A stretch of DNA of 59,907 nucleotides, the filler included, from Circinaria calcarea (taxonomy: Eukaryota), in NCBI GenBank assembly GCA_051942165.1. It is 9 parts of 9 records of this genome, joined end to end, with 100 filler letters (N's around TTAATTAATTAA, not from the genome) between each part and the next. Parts side by side here need not be neighbours in the genome. Positions count along the whole stretch, not along the records: positions 40,040 to 46,601 come from JAVECS010001553.1; positions 46,702 to 53,256 come from JAVECS010001554.1; positions 53,357 to 59,907 come from JAVECS010001555.1; 6 more parts are not named here. The stretch is one strand, 5' to 3'. Below the pieces are notes generated by a model that saw nothing but the letters and a program-made list of their open reading frames with translations, was not told the DNA's origin and made no database searches. Shown piece after piece: positions 40,394 through 53,929 of the stretch. The position numbers were made by a program, and so were the translations under genes. Position 1 is the stretch's first letter, and every line of letters begins with the position of its first letter.

Positions 40394-41274
40394 TACGTTT
40401 AGCGACCTTTCGCTTTTCCATCGGCTAAGTTAAATCATGTCATGTTTTCCCTATGCCCCCGGACCACTAAAAAAAGTCCTTCAAAATAAAAACCCACAAA
40501 ATGCGTGTATTTCTAGCCCTAAGGATGGGGTTGGGATTGAGATAGGATGGAAAAAAGCATCATTCATAAATCACCACCTCGAAATTTTTTCCTAATTCTC
40601 CGTGACCATTATGGTACCGTGAATCATGACTATTTATTTACCCACTCAAAACACCACGGGCTATATATCCCCGCATCCCACGCGTGCCCAACCGCCCCTT
40701 TTTTTTCTATTCTTCCCCTAATAAACTACGGGGGTACAGCCGTGCAGATAGATCAAACCCAGCACATTTTCCACATTTCCCACATCTTGCATTTTCAACC
40801 CAGGAAAGGGTTCCAAGACTCGAAGGAAGTTGTGATGGAGGCAAAGAAGGAGAGAGAGTACCCAAGGTACCAAAAATCTTTATTTAGTGTATCAAGTGTA
40901 AATAAAGGTAAACGCTGCCCTTTCCTCCCCGGTTCCCCCATATGCGTATATACCCAGGTACAACTGCCAAACCAACTCGAACAGAAAGAAAATACCAACA
41001 GTTCCTGTCAAACAATATGCGTATGCATGCAAGAAACCGAGACCGCGCCTTCTATGTTCCCCTCTCATTCTACCTTAATCACTTGCATAGGTGGGCTAGA
41101 TCGACAATACCACCTCATCTCATCTCTGACATTCTGGTTCGCGTTTTCATTACCATTAAATTATCGTTAACACCCAGGTCTATTCCTTCCTCCTACCTCC
41201 TACCTAAAACTAATCCCTCTACCCTCCCTCCATCCTTCCTTCTTTTACCCCCCTATTCACCTTTTCACCCCATA

Positions 41275-41324
41275 ATCCAAAATCCAAAATCCAAAATCCA
41301 AAATCCAAAATCCAAAATCCAAAA
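41275..41324 (+). repeat. Heptanucleotide tandem repeat (ATCCAAA)n, about 7 copies
   Basis: atccaaaatccaaaatccaaa... downstream of the large minus-strand gene. Confidence 0.93.
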
Positions 41325-41582
41325 ATGCCGGAATGCGAAAACGCCAGCCAAAGCGCGAAAATGCCACTTCCTATTCTTGCACTCATTGCTTGAACTCTTC
41401 ATTTTCCAAAAGCCCAAACCCAAAACCCGAAACGTGAACCCATGCCCCCGAACCCGCCTCGAAAATATGGATTCAAAAAACGCCCTTATTGTACAGAAAC
41501 CCAGACCCAAACCCAAAAACCAACTAAGAATAGAGCTGAAACGAAATCCAGAAGAGCCAACTCCTGGAATCCAATGCCGCAA

Positions 41583-44513
41583 TCAATGATGTCTCTCGTG
41601 CAAATAAACGACAGCGGTCCACCCAGCGCAACAAGCCGTGCTCATGCCATGTTCGCACCACGGACATTTCACCGTCGTGAAGACCTTCCCCTCCACACCC
41701 GCTCCCGCTCCCGCTCCCCCTCCCGCCACGACCGCCTTGTCCTTTCCCTTTTCTTTCTCCTTGCCAACTCCCTTACCAATCTTTCTACTCCCCTCACCTC
41801 CCGTCACAGCACCAACACTCTGCGCGATTTTATCCCCGACCTCGATTTTTCGCGGCAGAGCCATGGCTTCGTAGAGTTTGCTGGGGAGGTCGTGCCAGTA
41901 TTTGCACTTGCAGCAAATGACAAACATCTTGGCGAGGGGTTTGGAGGTGAGGGTGTTAGTGGTAAGAGGGACGCTAGGGTTCGAGGAGCCAGTAGAGTTG
42001 GGCCGGTTAGAGGATGGTCTGCGGGGGTGGGAGGGGGAGAAAGGAGGTTTGTTAATGGATTGAATGGCCGATATTGGAACTGGGAACTGAGAGGGCGAAG
42101 GCGGTGAGATTGGCTCGGTCGGTGTTCCTCCGAAGCTAACACGGATGGGGGAGTGTCGTTTCGGTTTAATGAGAGGCTGGTGCTTTAGTTCCGGGAGGAA
42201 GTCGACAGATGGCGGCTTGGTGGGATAAGTGAAAACTTGGAGCTGGGGATCAGATCGAGGTTGCTTCAAGGACGTTTGTCGGATCAGCCCATCGCCATCG
42301 ATGCCTCCAATAACAACTTCAGAGACCGCCTTGACATCATCGGTGTGATGGGAGGCAGCTGCAACCGAAACGATTGGTTCTGATTTCCGACCACGATTAC
42401 TATCTTTTACTTGATTAGATGAGGCTTTAGTGCCAGGTGGGTGGCTCGCGGCTTTTGGGGGCGTGTTTTCTATCGCTGGAGACTTCGGAGTGGTGGGCGT
42501 TGGAGGAAGGACCGTTCGGGGCTGAACATCCGAGGCAAGGAGTTGTGAAGAATTTGTCCTGGTCCGCGAATGATCTACCTTCGAATTGCTTGACTTCTCC
42601 TTTCTAGGTGAATGTACATTTTCAGCGAACTCGACCTTAACAACCTCCGCTAAGTTATCTCTCTGGTTTGACTGTTGTGGAATTCCCCCGACGGGTGGCT
42701 GGGCTGTTCCTTGTCGGACAGGCTGCAGTGGCGATGACTTTGTTGGAGTGGTGATATTCGGATGATGAGGTCTAAGAGCCGAGGACGGCGATGCTCCGCC
42801 GTGTTTCAATTCTTCGGAAGGGCCAAGAACCTTGACAATCTTAGATTCATTTTTCGATTCCATTGTCGCTTTCCGGTCCAGAACCTTCCCATCACCTAAG
42901 TCGTCATGATACCAGGTAGACATATCTTGAGCTAGATCATCGTCTTCCACCGACCCTCTATTCCCGGGAGACCCCTTCTTTTGGGACTTTCTTATAGATT
43001 CAGCCGAATCCCTAGGCGTCGGCGGCCATGTCTGCCCCCTCGGCAGTAAGGACAGCTCATCTTCATATCCAGCAATCGAACGTTGTTGTTGGTACATGCG
43101 CTGCTTGTGCACATAGCTACCACCATCACGAGATGGTCTGGCTGAAGGTGGTAATACATCATCGTTGAAAACTGGTATTTCTGGGGTAGGCAATGTCGTT
43201 GATTGGGTGTTTGAAGTTGTTTGCAGCTCTGGTGAAATGCATTCCACGATTCGACGGGGCTTTGCATGGTCAAATGCTACAGCCGCTTTGGTAGCTTCGT
43301 TCTTTATTATTTCGTCGGGAGATCTGTCACAAGTTGGATACTGATATCCCTTTGGAGCACCATCTCGCCTTTCCAATGTGCCGTTCTCAGAGCTACCGCG
43401 CCTGGCTAGTATTGAACGTAATGGCTTTGGCTCTGCGGATGCATCTGTTTTCGAATTGCTGGATCCCACTTCCATTGTACTTCGGCTTGAAGGTGGAGTG
43501 TCGGGTAGTTGGAATGGTTGTGACGGTGTTCTAATCCGGACCTCTTTCAAAGGCTTCGATAGTGTCTCCTGTTGCGTATCTATAGGTAGATCTAGAATCT
43601 TGGATTTTAGAATCTCTTCACCGCATAGTTTCCCGCTGCTGAACAGTCCAGAATCCTGCGTGCTCGAGGATCCATCCCAAGAGACAAACTCAATCCCAGA
43701 CAATCTCCCGAGTTGTGGTGCTATGGTGCTTACGATGGGCTCGTAGTTTCTTGACGAAGGTAGCTCAAGAGACACACTCCTCCTTGATGAAGGCTTTGAG
43801 AGTCCAATGATCGATGCTATCGAGGTGACGGAAGATCGGCGTGATTCTGTTGACGGGCGCCTTGAATCCTCATAGGAAGTTGATTGCGACACCACAGGAG
43901 AAATCATGGACTGTGTTCTTAAGGCCGCAGGCATCCGCTGGGTCTCCATGGCTGCAGGCGGCTTCTTGCTTAAGCGCTTCCCTGCTCTCAACGCGGCAGC
44001 TTTCAGCCTGTTGTTGTCCTTCTTTTCCCGACTCTCGGCTTCTTTTCGCTCTTTTTGTTCCCCTTCCCATTTCTTCTTCTCTTTTTTTCGCTTTTCTTTA
44101 CCATGGTCCGACCAACTTGGCGAATGACAGATCTCTGGCGTGGGTGTTTCGGGATCATCTACTGCCGTGGACATATCCTCTTTGCCATCCTTCCTTGCAT
44201 CTTCCGCATTGGGTATTTTGACGGAGAGTACAGGCGCAGTCTGCGAGCGTTGGAGGGGAGTTGAGTTCGTCAGTATGGAATGACGTGCTGGCGCGGGCTG
44301 CAGTACCGGGAGTTTTCTCACTGGAGGTCCTGCACTGCTTTGACGGCGTTGCTGAAGGTAACAATTAGCCACATTCGATCTCTTCTGCGAAAAGTCGTAA
44401 GAGATTCAATTCTGACGTACCTTGCTAAGCTTCTCCAACTGCAACATACGCAAGAAGATGTCTTTCCCGCTCGAGGACGCTCGATCCGAGGAGCTATGTC
44501 GAGCTGTAGCCAT
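41583..44513 (-). CDS. Large disordered hypothetical protein with a C-terminal Cys/His (putative zinc-binding) module; 1 intron (~44420-44353)
   Basis: 929-codon ORF plus a short first exon MATARHSSSDR...LEKLSK|GTACGT. The C-terminus reads KMFVICCKCKYWHDLP...VKCPWCEHGMSTACCAGWTAVVYLHERHH. Confidence 0.82.
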
Positions 44514-45789
44514 GGTGAAGGTTTTACAAGGCCAACTTCGAAATGAGCGTGAAACGAGTGTAGAAGAGTTAAAAATTGAAAAGTCAGTGTTGTTCGCAGC
44601 GCGATAATTGGCTTCCACGTGGGGTCTCAGCTGGAGATTGTCAAATGGGGTTCCCCAGAGCCACGATTTGGTAACGCAAAGGAGATCAGGGAATTATGCT
44701 GCAAGATCCATTGAATCGCATGAACGGAAGTAGATTGGGCATGGGTGGGCGGGTTGATTGGTACGGGAGAAGGAACCTCTGGGGCGGGGAGAACCGAAAG
44801 GAGAAGAGTCAGCGACAGTATGCGGTCAGTAAGCTGGTGACACCCGACGGAATTATAATGACTACCCTATGCTGTGGCCGGATCAAAAGATTGTGGAAGT
44901 CATGGTGTAGCATTGGAGATGGAGGGAAGGAGTCGATGGAATTATATTAACTACTCCTTCACTCATCATGCTTTTCCCGTGCAGTCATCTAGAATATCCC
45001 AGGCGCAGGACCAGCAAAAGTATAAAGCTCCTTTCAGCGGCCAGGCTGTGGCGTGCTAACGGTAAACTTTCCTCGTATTCAGGCTGAATCGAATTTGGTT
45101 TGGCTCCTTACTCGGTCAGCAGTATTATCCGGACACACCTCAGAGGGGCAACGAGGTAACTGAATGTGTTTCCCATCGCATCGTCGTATGCAATGCCGCG
45201 GGCCAGAGAACACGAGAGGAAACCGGCAATAACCAAGAATAGCCACATGAGCAGGGATGTGACGGGACTGGGGGGGGTCTGGATATACTTATTCCCGGTC
45301 GAAACGACGTGGCTCGGTGTAGTTAGGGTGGTTTTCGGATCTTTGAAGTTTGGGACAGGTACCGGCCGAGGGAAATGGTGCCGGTAATGGAAGGGGAGCA
45401 GAAGGATCATCGAAGCATCAATCTTATTAAGGTTCGGCTCGCTTGCTCTAGCCAAGATCCCCGGGCCCATTCGTCACGGCGGTTCTAGGAAGGTACCGGG
45501 TGCCCACAGTGAGAGGGAGACATGCTAACAGAGCCAGGAGGAAAGCACTGTCCCTATTCGACCACTTCCACAAGTCCTTTGCATCACTCTAGGGCCATAT
45601 GATCCGAATCTGCCGCGAAAGAGACTGCAGTAGAGTCCACGAGTTCGATACTATAACTACAAGTCGGATCTACCGTGGTCCCACTGCATTAAATTGGTCT
45701 CTACGAATGGAGACACCTTCCTAGGCTGCGCCTCATGCGAGGAACTAATGCAAGGAACGAAGAGCAGTTAGAGAGATAACCTGGGAAAA

Positions 45790-46601
45790 CCTACACTATC
45801 GGATATACTCCTTCCAGAAGTGTTGCCAACAGCCCTCCCAAGTCTCAATGAATTCACTCTTCCAACCACCTTTGCGCGCACAAGGCCGGGATATTTTTGA
45901 CGCTGAAAACGTCCGTTGCAAACTCGCCTCGATTAACTGGTACGGAGCCAGTAATGTGCTCTTCGTGCCTGGCGGCTTGGATATCCAACATCGCTCCTCG
46001 ATCGCCTTGCTGATCCGCCGGTTAGGCTTTCAATAGTGTTCGCATACCCTATTCGGACGAGCTAGTCCGCTCGAATCCTCTTGTTCCATCCCACCTCCTA
46101 TCCGCCAATAGAGATCTAGTTGGCGCACGTGCTCTGGAGGTCTTCGTGGCCGCCGTCAACGCTCTTACATATGCTGGTCTAGCGGTTATAATCAATAATC
46201 ACATCACGCAAGCCACGTGGTGTCGCGGCACCAATTTTTGCGATGCAGCTTGGAGCAACGATTATCTAGGACCATTGTGCCGGGTCAGACAGACAGAAGA
46301 ACAATGGATCGAGAACTGGGTAACGGCCATGTCGCCCTTTGTCGGAAACCCCCGGCGTGGTGGGTGCGGGCCTTCGCAACGAAGTACGGGGGATTTGGGG
46401 GACTATGACCTGGAATGCCTGGGTCACAGCTGCAGAACGTGCTGGGGAGGGATTACTGGCATTGCAACCGAATTGGTTGATGGTCGTTGAAGGAATCTCT
46501 TCTGCGACCGACCTATCTGGCATACGAGATCGACCGGTCAAGTATAGCGTCTCCGGCCGCGTCGTCTACTCTGCACACGTATACGCTTGGTCTGGTTGGG
46601 G
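45790..46601 (+). pseudogene. Frameshifted glycoside hydrolase family 5 gene (3'-partial)
   Basis: KLASINWYGAS..FVPGGLD, then GF|NSVRIPYS, IINNHITQATWC, LRNEVR (acid/base NE motif), VEG and VVYSAHVY in shifting frames. Frame changes occur at ~45860, ~46030 and ~46350. Confidence 0.8.
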
Positions 46602-46701
46602 NNNNNNNNNNNNNNNNNNNNNNNNNNNNNNNNNNNNNNNNNNNNTTAATTAATTAANNNNNNNNNNNNNNNNNNNNNNNNNNNNNNNNNNNNNNNNNNN
46701 N
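46602..46701. other. Artificial contig spacer
   Basis: N44-TTAATTAATTAA-N44. Confidence 0.99.
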
Positions 46702-47363
46702 CCACTCCTCGTTTCCCCGAAGTTGATCAGCAGAGTCAACGATTCCTGGCCCGGACCCATCAAGTCAATCGTACGCTCCAGCATGAATACCAAATGCTGA
46801 ATTTGCCTTTCCCCGCTCTTTGTATTTTGCCTCCCAGGACTCATCATCAGACATGGTCGTGCTGCAATATCGTAGCCGCATACCACTTGTTTACCAGTCT
46901 CATTTTCAGGGGAGATATACTCTGGTGTGAAATTCGAAATACCGTATTCACGCCTCCAGCTTAGGGTTCCGAGGAGTCTGGATGCGGCATCGGGGACGGA
47001 CCATTTGGCAGCCCGTAGGTAGCGGAGGAGGCATTCTCGTGTCAGCCATTGGCGTTCAGTGTCGGTGATTGGAGCAGTGGGGGAGTTGCGTGCGAGGGTA
47101 TTGGGGATGGTCGTCCAAGCGAGGACTTTAGAGAGGAGGCCGTTATACTTGTTGGCCTGATCTGGAGTAAGGGCAGGCGAAGGGGAGGGTTTGGAAAAGC
47201 TGGTGGGGTGGAGGAAGGGCTTCTGGACTATGGCCGGAGGTGTGGTTGTATTGTTGGACGACTGACCGTCAGCCAAGGTCGTAGCTTGCATGGTGTCCGA
47301 CAATGTCTTCTCATCCATGTTTGCAGATGTAGGAGCTGGTTGAGCTTCCGCAGCAGTTGCCAT
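46702..47363 (-). CDS. CRAL-TRIO/Sec14-like phosphatidylinositol transfer protein, PDR16/PDR17-like (3'-partial)
   Basis: WLTRECLLRYLRAAKW...RLLGTLSWRREYG, ENETGKQ, GYDIAARPCL and QIQHLVFMLERTIDLM. Confidence 0.9.
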
Positions 47364-47694
47364 CTTACGGCAGGGTGATATACTCACCTAATTGAAGCTG
47401 TGCCTTGTGCAAGGAGGACGAAAGTGTTACAGACAGAGGGAGATGGCACAAATCTGCGTAGAATGTGGTATCGGGTCAATAAACATCCGTTGCGCCAAAA
47501 ACTCCTTCCAAATCCCCGAATCTGTACACAATATCATAGCAATACGGCTGAGCTACTGTTGTACAAGTGCCTGTGCGATCCCTGTCAGAACGCGCGACGC
47601 GCCCAGATCAACCGAAAACCACTTTACTGTGTAAACCCGAGAATCAGTAAGGACGCTCAGTCGTCAGCTATCCACAATCCCATTCCGTACAGAC

Positions 47695-49865
47695 ATGGCG
47701 AGTAACATGGAAGAAATCGATCAACTATTCTCACCGGCGGGTGGGTCGAAGTTGCCTCAAGATATCATGGGGGAGCTTCAATCAACAATCCGGCTCCACT
47801 CAATCTCCCCGCAAGAATTGTTTTACAAATGGGAATCCTACTGCATCAAGATGGGGTCGGAGGAGACGAGGCTCGACCTGAACACTGCACGAGCGTTCAA
47901 AAAGGATGTACAGGAAATTCTAGAGCGGGAGGTCCGGAGCAAGGCACATATGCGAAGTGCGGATAAAAAGGGATCACATACCACCCCTCGAAATGCTGGG
48001 AATACTGGGGATGTCTTCGGAATGTGAGTAATCCAGAGTGCTACCAGATGACAGAGTACTAAAGCCGTGAAGGCTTGATGCTTTAGTACCCAACACCCCT
48101 CGACCAGTCTCAACCAACGGTTCATCCAAGCGAAAAGCAGCATTCGAAACCCCATTGACCCAGAAAGTCAGCAAATCTACGACGAGGAGCTCGCCTGCTG
48201 ACGGACGGGCAGCGGTACTGCACACTAACGGAGTTACAAATCGAGTCTCGTAGGTACCTTGACTTTGGATGGAGATAATAATCTGACTTGACTTTCAGCG
48301 CTGTAGCATTTTCAAATCGTCAGAACGCAGGGCAAATTGTGGAAACGCTCAACGATCATCTGCTCCCACGCGAACCTCCCATTGCACCACCGGCTGAAGC
48401 CCGTGTGAAGCTGACGGCTGTTACCGATCTCCCGAAATTTGCCTATAGACCAATGGCCATGCATTTATCCGAGGCATCAGAAGTCCTCGACGATCGCATT
48501 GAAGAGTTTACAACCCTTGTCCAAACTCACCATAACCTTGAAGATTCTGCGTTTGGCAATGGCGCTAGCAAGAGCACCAGGGAAATTGTGGCTATTGGAC
48601 GAATAGCCTCAGATACTCCTGAAAGTAAGCTGAATGGTGCTTCTATGGTCTTGGAGATGTCGCGGAGTGTGGGAGCTGGGCGGCGGGTGCCTCTGAAAAT
48701 AGAGGCCATACCGTCATACGAGTTTTTCCCTGGTCAGATAGTTGCGGTCCGAGGAATCAATGCATCAGGAGACTATTTGACAGTTTCCGAGGTACTTGAA
48801 ATACCTCTCCTACCACCTGCGGCATCATTCCCTTCTGACCTCGACTCAATCAACCAGCGCCTTGGTGTGGATGAGGGCGGCCAAGCGGATTCTACCACTC
48901 ATGCTCTGAACGTTATGTTGTCTTCAGGTCCTTATACTGCTGATGATAACCTTGATTTCGAGCCGCTGATTACATTATGTGACAAAGCGGCTGAAACATA
49001 TGCAGATGTCCTCATCCTGATAGGTCCTTTGTTTGATGCTGAACACCCTCTCATCGCATCAGGGGATTTCGATCTACCGGATGACCCAAGTATCGAACCA
49101 GACAAAGCTACACTCAGCGATGCTTTCAGGCTCCTTGTCAGTGCACCACTTCGTCGCCTCACACAGGCAGTCCCAAGTATAACGATCGTTATGGTACCGT
49201 CTGTCCGTGATGCTATCAACAAGCATGTCTCATGGCCACAGAAGAACCATGAGAAAAAGGAACTTGGATTACCAAAGCAGGCGAGGATGGTATCCAATCC
49301 GGTAACGATTTTTCTGAATGAGACTCTGATCGGTATCTCTGCGCAAGATATCCTATATGATCTCAGGAGGGAAGAATTAGTGGTAGGTCGACCTAAAGAA
49401 AGCAATATATTGGCTCGACTTTCTCGACATGTAATCCAGCAGAGACATTTCTTCCCGGTGTTTCCCCCAGTAGATCGTTCAAATTTGCCGAAGCCTGGTA
49501 CCGAGGAGGGTCTTGCTACAGGCATGCCTCTCGATGTGAGCTACCTCAAACTTGGCGAATGGCTGAATGTACGACCTGACATTCTCGTTGTCCCAAGTGC
49601 ACTTTCACCATTCGCGAAGGTATGTGTATTTAGGCTAGCATATTTCATTGGCCATTCCTTAACTAACTTGTGATAGGTTGTTGAAAGTGTGTTGGTTATA
49701 AATCCGGGGCCCCTTTCAAAGCGCAAGGGACCGGGAACTTATACGCAAGCAACAATATATCCACGTAAGGTAACAGAGGATGAACGTCAAGCTGAGCAGT
49801 CTGGCGGAACGAGGGTGGGTCATAGAGTCTTCGAGAGAGCACGGGTTGATATAGTGAGAATATGA
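47695..49865 (+). CDS. POL12: DNA polymerase alpha-primase B subunit (4 exons)
   Basis: ELFYKWESY N-terminus, GRIASD, FFPGQIVAVRGIN, SGPYTADDNL, DVLILIGPLFD, QQRHFFPVFP and PDILVVPSAL..FAK|VVESVLVINPG. Confidence 0.95.
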
Positions 49866-50192
49866 TGGTACACTTGATTTGGATGGAAGCTGTTGTTTTC
49901 GTCATGGCTCCGACGCTTCAATTGGATGGCCGTTATAAGATCCAACATACGGGAGGATTCTGATAGGTTAGGTGAGTCAGTTGAATTTTGACGATTTTGG
50001 TCCACTTCGCTCAACGAGATGCCTTATGAAGTTCATTCATGTGACTCCTTTAGACCAGTTCAAAGCGTCGTGTAGGGCCCCCTTTCCTAAACCTGACAGA
50101 CTTCGAGATCTGAATGACGTGTCTCTACAATCAGGTCTCTCCAACGCCATCGAGTTGCTCTTGGTGTGTCGCTGTTTTGGCAAAGCACCACC

Positions 50193-50465
50193 CTATCCAG
50201 CCTTCTTTCCCTTGATCCTTACGGATAATGAACCCTCCCCTGCCTTCGGGCCCCTTCTCATAAGCTCATCTAGTCCCAAGTCCTTCCAGGCAGCCTCGCG
50301 TTTGGGCTGTGTAGCTCGCTGGATGCCGAAAGCGGCGTGCTGGTCTGGGACTACATCGTCTTCGTCTTCTGGATTGGGGGGTTGGTGCTGAGGCGGGACA
50401 TAGATGTCCTCTTTTGGAAGGTGGGGGGCGCGGTTGAATTCCTGAGCAGTTGATTTAGTGTCCAT
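50193..50465 (-). CDS. Small hypothetical protein (90 aa)
   Basis: Intact ORF with a structured-looking core, IYVPPQHQPPNPEDEDDVVPDQHAAFGIQRATQ...WKDLGLDELM, lying between POL12 and GDA1. Confidence 0.7.
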   Translation of the reverse strand: MDTKSTAQEFNRAPHLPKEDIYVPPQHQPPNPEDEDDVVPDQHAAFGIQRATQPKREAAWKDLGLDELMRRGPKAGEGSLSVRIKGKKAG

Positions 50466-50991
50466 TCGGGCATTTTTGACGGAGAAGAAAGAAGAATGTG
50501 TGAGGTAGTACGGACTTCGAAGATGTCGGCGAAGCGGGGTTCGTTGAAGTGGAGGTAGGTGAAGGAGCTATCTTTTGACTGGTCATGACTGTTAGCTAAG
50601 GTGTGATGGTATACCATAGATAGAGAGGGACGTACCATGATGGAGGTAACGATAATAACTTTCGTAGAGCTCTATGAAGTATATTCGTGCCTGCAAGGTA
50701 CGGCAGCAAAAATAGAATAGGAATCCGGGGTTAAAGTCTTGGCGGTGATTCCTTTGAGAATACTTTTGGCGAATGCCGAGTCCTAACTTTACCCATGTCG
50801 ATAATACTTGAATCTCTTACTCTGTCTTTCTGTCTTCTAACTCGTCATGGTGCTACAAAAGTGGTCTTGATTATCTCGTCCGGTCTCAAGTTTCCCGGAT
50901 TTGATATTACCCCTTGCTGACGTTGTGCGAAAACGGAATCCATTGCTCGGGATATCACTCCTCTCAGCGGTCAGTCGTCTTCATCTTCTTT

Positions 50992-52833
50992 ATGTCAACA
51001 GCAATCGATTCACGTCGCCGCCCTAGCTTGTGGTCTTATATTAGCTTCAGCTCCTCCCCTCGTAGGAGATCGGTCTCCTTGCCTACTCGCAACAACTATA
51101 ACGATCCCTACGAAAAGGCAGACAGACATAGCGGTAACGGTTCGTCGAACGGACCAGTGGGAGCTGTGGAGAACATAAAGGACGCGTGGATGACGCAAAG
51201 TCAGAGGTCGAGGTACTTGAAGTCTGGGGGGATCATTGCTTTTTTCGTTTTTCTACTCTTCTTCCTTGGGCCATATAAGCGGACAGGTCTTACTGGCGGT
51301 AAGCACCGTTCACCTTACGATATCAACGTTCAGCGAGGTGCTAACTTGACGGATTATCAGGCGGAACAGCCTCCAATGGAGCTCCTACAACTTTAGATCC
51401 GTCGATTGGGACAACGAAGTGCTCGAAGTCCTATTCGTCAGATAAACCCTTAATACAATATGCATTAATGATTGATGCCGGTAGTACTGGCTCACGGATT
51501 CATGTTTATCGATTCAACAACTGCGGGCCGACTCCGGAACTCGAGGAGGAGACATTTGAGATGACTGCACCCAAGAAGGGCGGTTCAGGGCTAAGCTCTT
51601 ACAAGGGGGACGCGGAGGGAGCTGCCAAAAGTCTAGATGTCCTCATGGATGTTGCTATGAAGACAGTTCCCGACAATCTGAAGTCCTGTTCACCGTTGGC
51701 CGTTAAGGCTACAGCTGGGCTTAGAATGCTGGGTAAGGAGATGTCCGAAAATATACTAGAAGCTGTACGGACGCGCCTAGAGACCGTCTATCCTTTCCCA
51801 GTCGTATCAAGAGAGCGAGATGGTGTAGTGATTATGGCTGGCAAGGACGAGGGTGTTTACGCATGGATCACCACAAACTATCTACTCGGAAAAATCGGAG
51901 GACCCGACAAGACGCCCACAGCAGCAATATTTGACCTCGGCGGTGGGTCAACTCAGATCGTCTTCCAGCCCACCTTCAAGAGTCCTTCGAAAGGTATGCC
52001 GGAGACGCTGGCTGAAGGTGACCACAAGTACAAACTCATTTTTGGCGGCCGCGAGTTCGAGCTCTACCAGCATTCCCACCTCGGCTATGGTCTCATGACC
52101 GCCCGCGAAGCTATCCACAAGGCCGTCATCCAAGCAAAGAAAGAGGCTAGCCCCAACGACTCATCGTGGATGAGCCAGCCCATCTCTAATCCGTGCATAG
52201 CACCTGGTATGCAGACTGATTTCAATTTCACTATGGACGACGAGAGTGTCATTCCTATCAAAATGGTGGGACCTGCCGAGAGCAGCGCTGCCCAATGCCG
52301 CGGTCTCGCAGAAAAGATACTCAAAAAAGACACAAAGTGCGACCTCTCGCCTTGCTCCTTTAGCGGTGTTCACCAACCTTCCCTTGAGATGACTTTTGCG
52401 CGCGAAGACGTTTACATATTTAGCTACTTCTACGATCGGACTCAGCCGCTGGGCATGCCTGAATCGTTTACTCTCCGCGAGCTGAGGGATCTGACGGCCA
52501 AGGTGTGTGCAGGTGAGAAGAGCTGGGGCCAGTTTGAGGGCGTGGAGGGCGCCGTTGAGGAGTTGAAGGGGCGGCCGGAACATTGCCTGGATTTGAATTT
52601 CATGATGGCGTTGTTGCACACGGGATACGAGATGCCCATCGATCGGGAGGTTCGTATTGCAAAGAAGATCAAGGGGAATGAGTTGGGGTGGTGTTTGGGC
52701 GCGAGGTACGTTTCACCAATGCCACCCATAGTCCATGATTGGCATTGCTGACAATTCGCTTTTCTTTTTTTTTAGTTTACCACTGCTGAGTCCGGATTCG
52801 GGTTGGTCGTGCCGGGTCAAGGAGATCTCATAA
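50992..52833 (+). CDS. GDA1: Golgi guanosine diphosphatase (GDA1/CD39 NTPDase family), 2 introns
   Basis: N-terminal TM helix; apyrase conserved regions MIDAGSTGSRIHVY, KATAGLR, GKDEGVYAW, DLGGGSTQ and ELGWCLGA|SL. Confidence 0.95.
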
Positions 52834-53256
52834 TAGCCTTGATTGTTTTTTCCTTGAGTTGGGGCTTGCTTTCATAAAAATAGAGACTCAGCTCTAGAAA
52901 GAGGAGTTTAGACGTATATATAGTGATAGCAATTCTATTGACATGCATGTCAAAGATTAACATTGACTGCAATCGAGCGGGGTTTTCCATTATTCCCAGA
53001 CATTTCAAATGGTTAAAGGCAGAAAAGGCTTCCTGGACTCTACTTCCACTTCGATCGATGTGGCCTTTCTAGAAGAAACGTGAAGCGAATTTGATTTTTA
53101 TTGAGGCGTCTCTGGCGTATGTTCTTGTTCCTGGTCCACAACCTCAATTCCCGGCTTCTCCTTTCTTTTCTTTCTGCCCATCAGTTTCCCTAATACATCA
53201 CCGCCGCCCTCCTCTTCGCGTATCTCATCCTCTTCATCAGTATCACTGCTGCTATC

Positions 53257-53356
53257 NNNNNNNNNNNNNNNNNNNNNNNNNNNNNNNNNNNNNNNNNNNN
53301 TTAATTAATTAANNNNNNNNNNNNNNNNNNNNNNNNNNNNNNNNNNNNNNNNNNNN
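53257..53356. other. Artificial contig spacer
   Basis: N44-TTAATTAATTAA-N44. Confidence 0.99.
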
Positions 53357-53523
53357 GGTAGGGGGATGGTGGGTGGAATATTGTATTTTCCAGGTGGTGT
53401 CAGCAATCCTGGAAACTCCTGCGCTTTTCTCGGTCTCGTAGGCAACGCGGCCGACTTCTGGTGTGTATTCCGGATGATAGTAAACGGTGATGCGTGAGTG
53501 GCCCGGGGGAGGGGGTTTGGCAT
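53357..53523 (-). CDS. Possible 5' fragment of a hypothetical gene
   Basis: An ATG after a pyrimidine-rich leader opens MPNPLPRATHASPF...FPGLLTPP and runs off the contig end. No recognisable motif. Confidence 0.25.
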
Positions 53524-53929
53524 GGCGGTTATAATGTTCCGGGAAAAGGAAAGAAAACGCGAAAGGAGGAGAGATTTGGGCGGAGGTTGGGCAGGGACAC
53601 TCGTAGAATTTGTTTTGGGGGAGGTTTTGGGGGGAATGGGTAGATGTTCTGTGATGGAGAGACTGACTGTTCGGATATGGGGTTCGAGTAGGAAGGTGGG
53701 TGGAGGGGTGGGTCTTCGATGGAAAAGGATATGCGAACATGGTGCTGGGAGAGGAATGCTTCGAAATAGGGGCATTACATATCTGAGAGGTACCACAATG
53801 GTAGTGAGTGGGAGATGAAAGTAGTACTTCCGCTATCATCAGCCATACACCTCTTAGACTTTAAATCTTTTAGTTATTTGCAAGGTAGAAAGATTGATAA
53901 TATTCGGCCACCTATTCTTTTCACCTAGT

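Noticed and set aside
40092..41589. ORFs of 105-215 aa in the first part of contig 7
   Set aside because: They are driven by heptamer repeats and low-complexity UTR/intergenic sequence, with no protein motifs.
6584..53356. Regularly spaced TTAATTAATTAA palindromes about every 6.66 kb, suggestive of a periodic element
   Set aside because: Each sits in an identical N44-12-N44 block between size-sorted contigs. It is an assembly concatenation linker.
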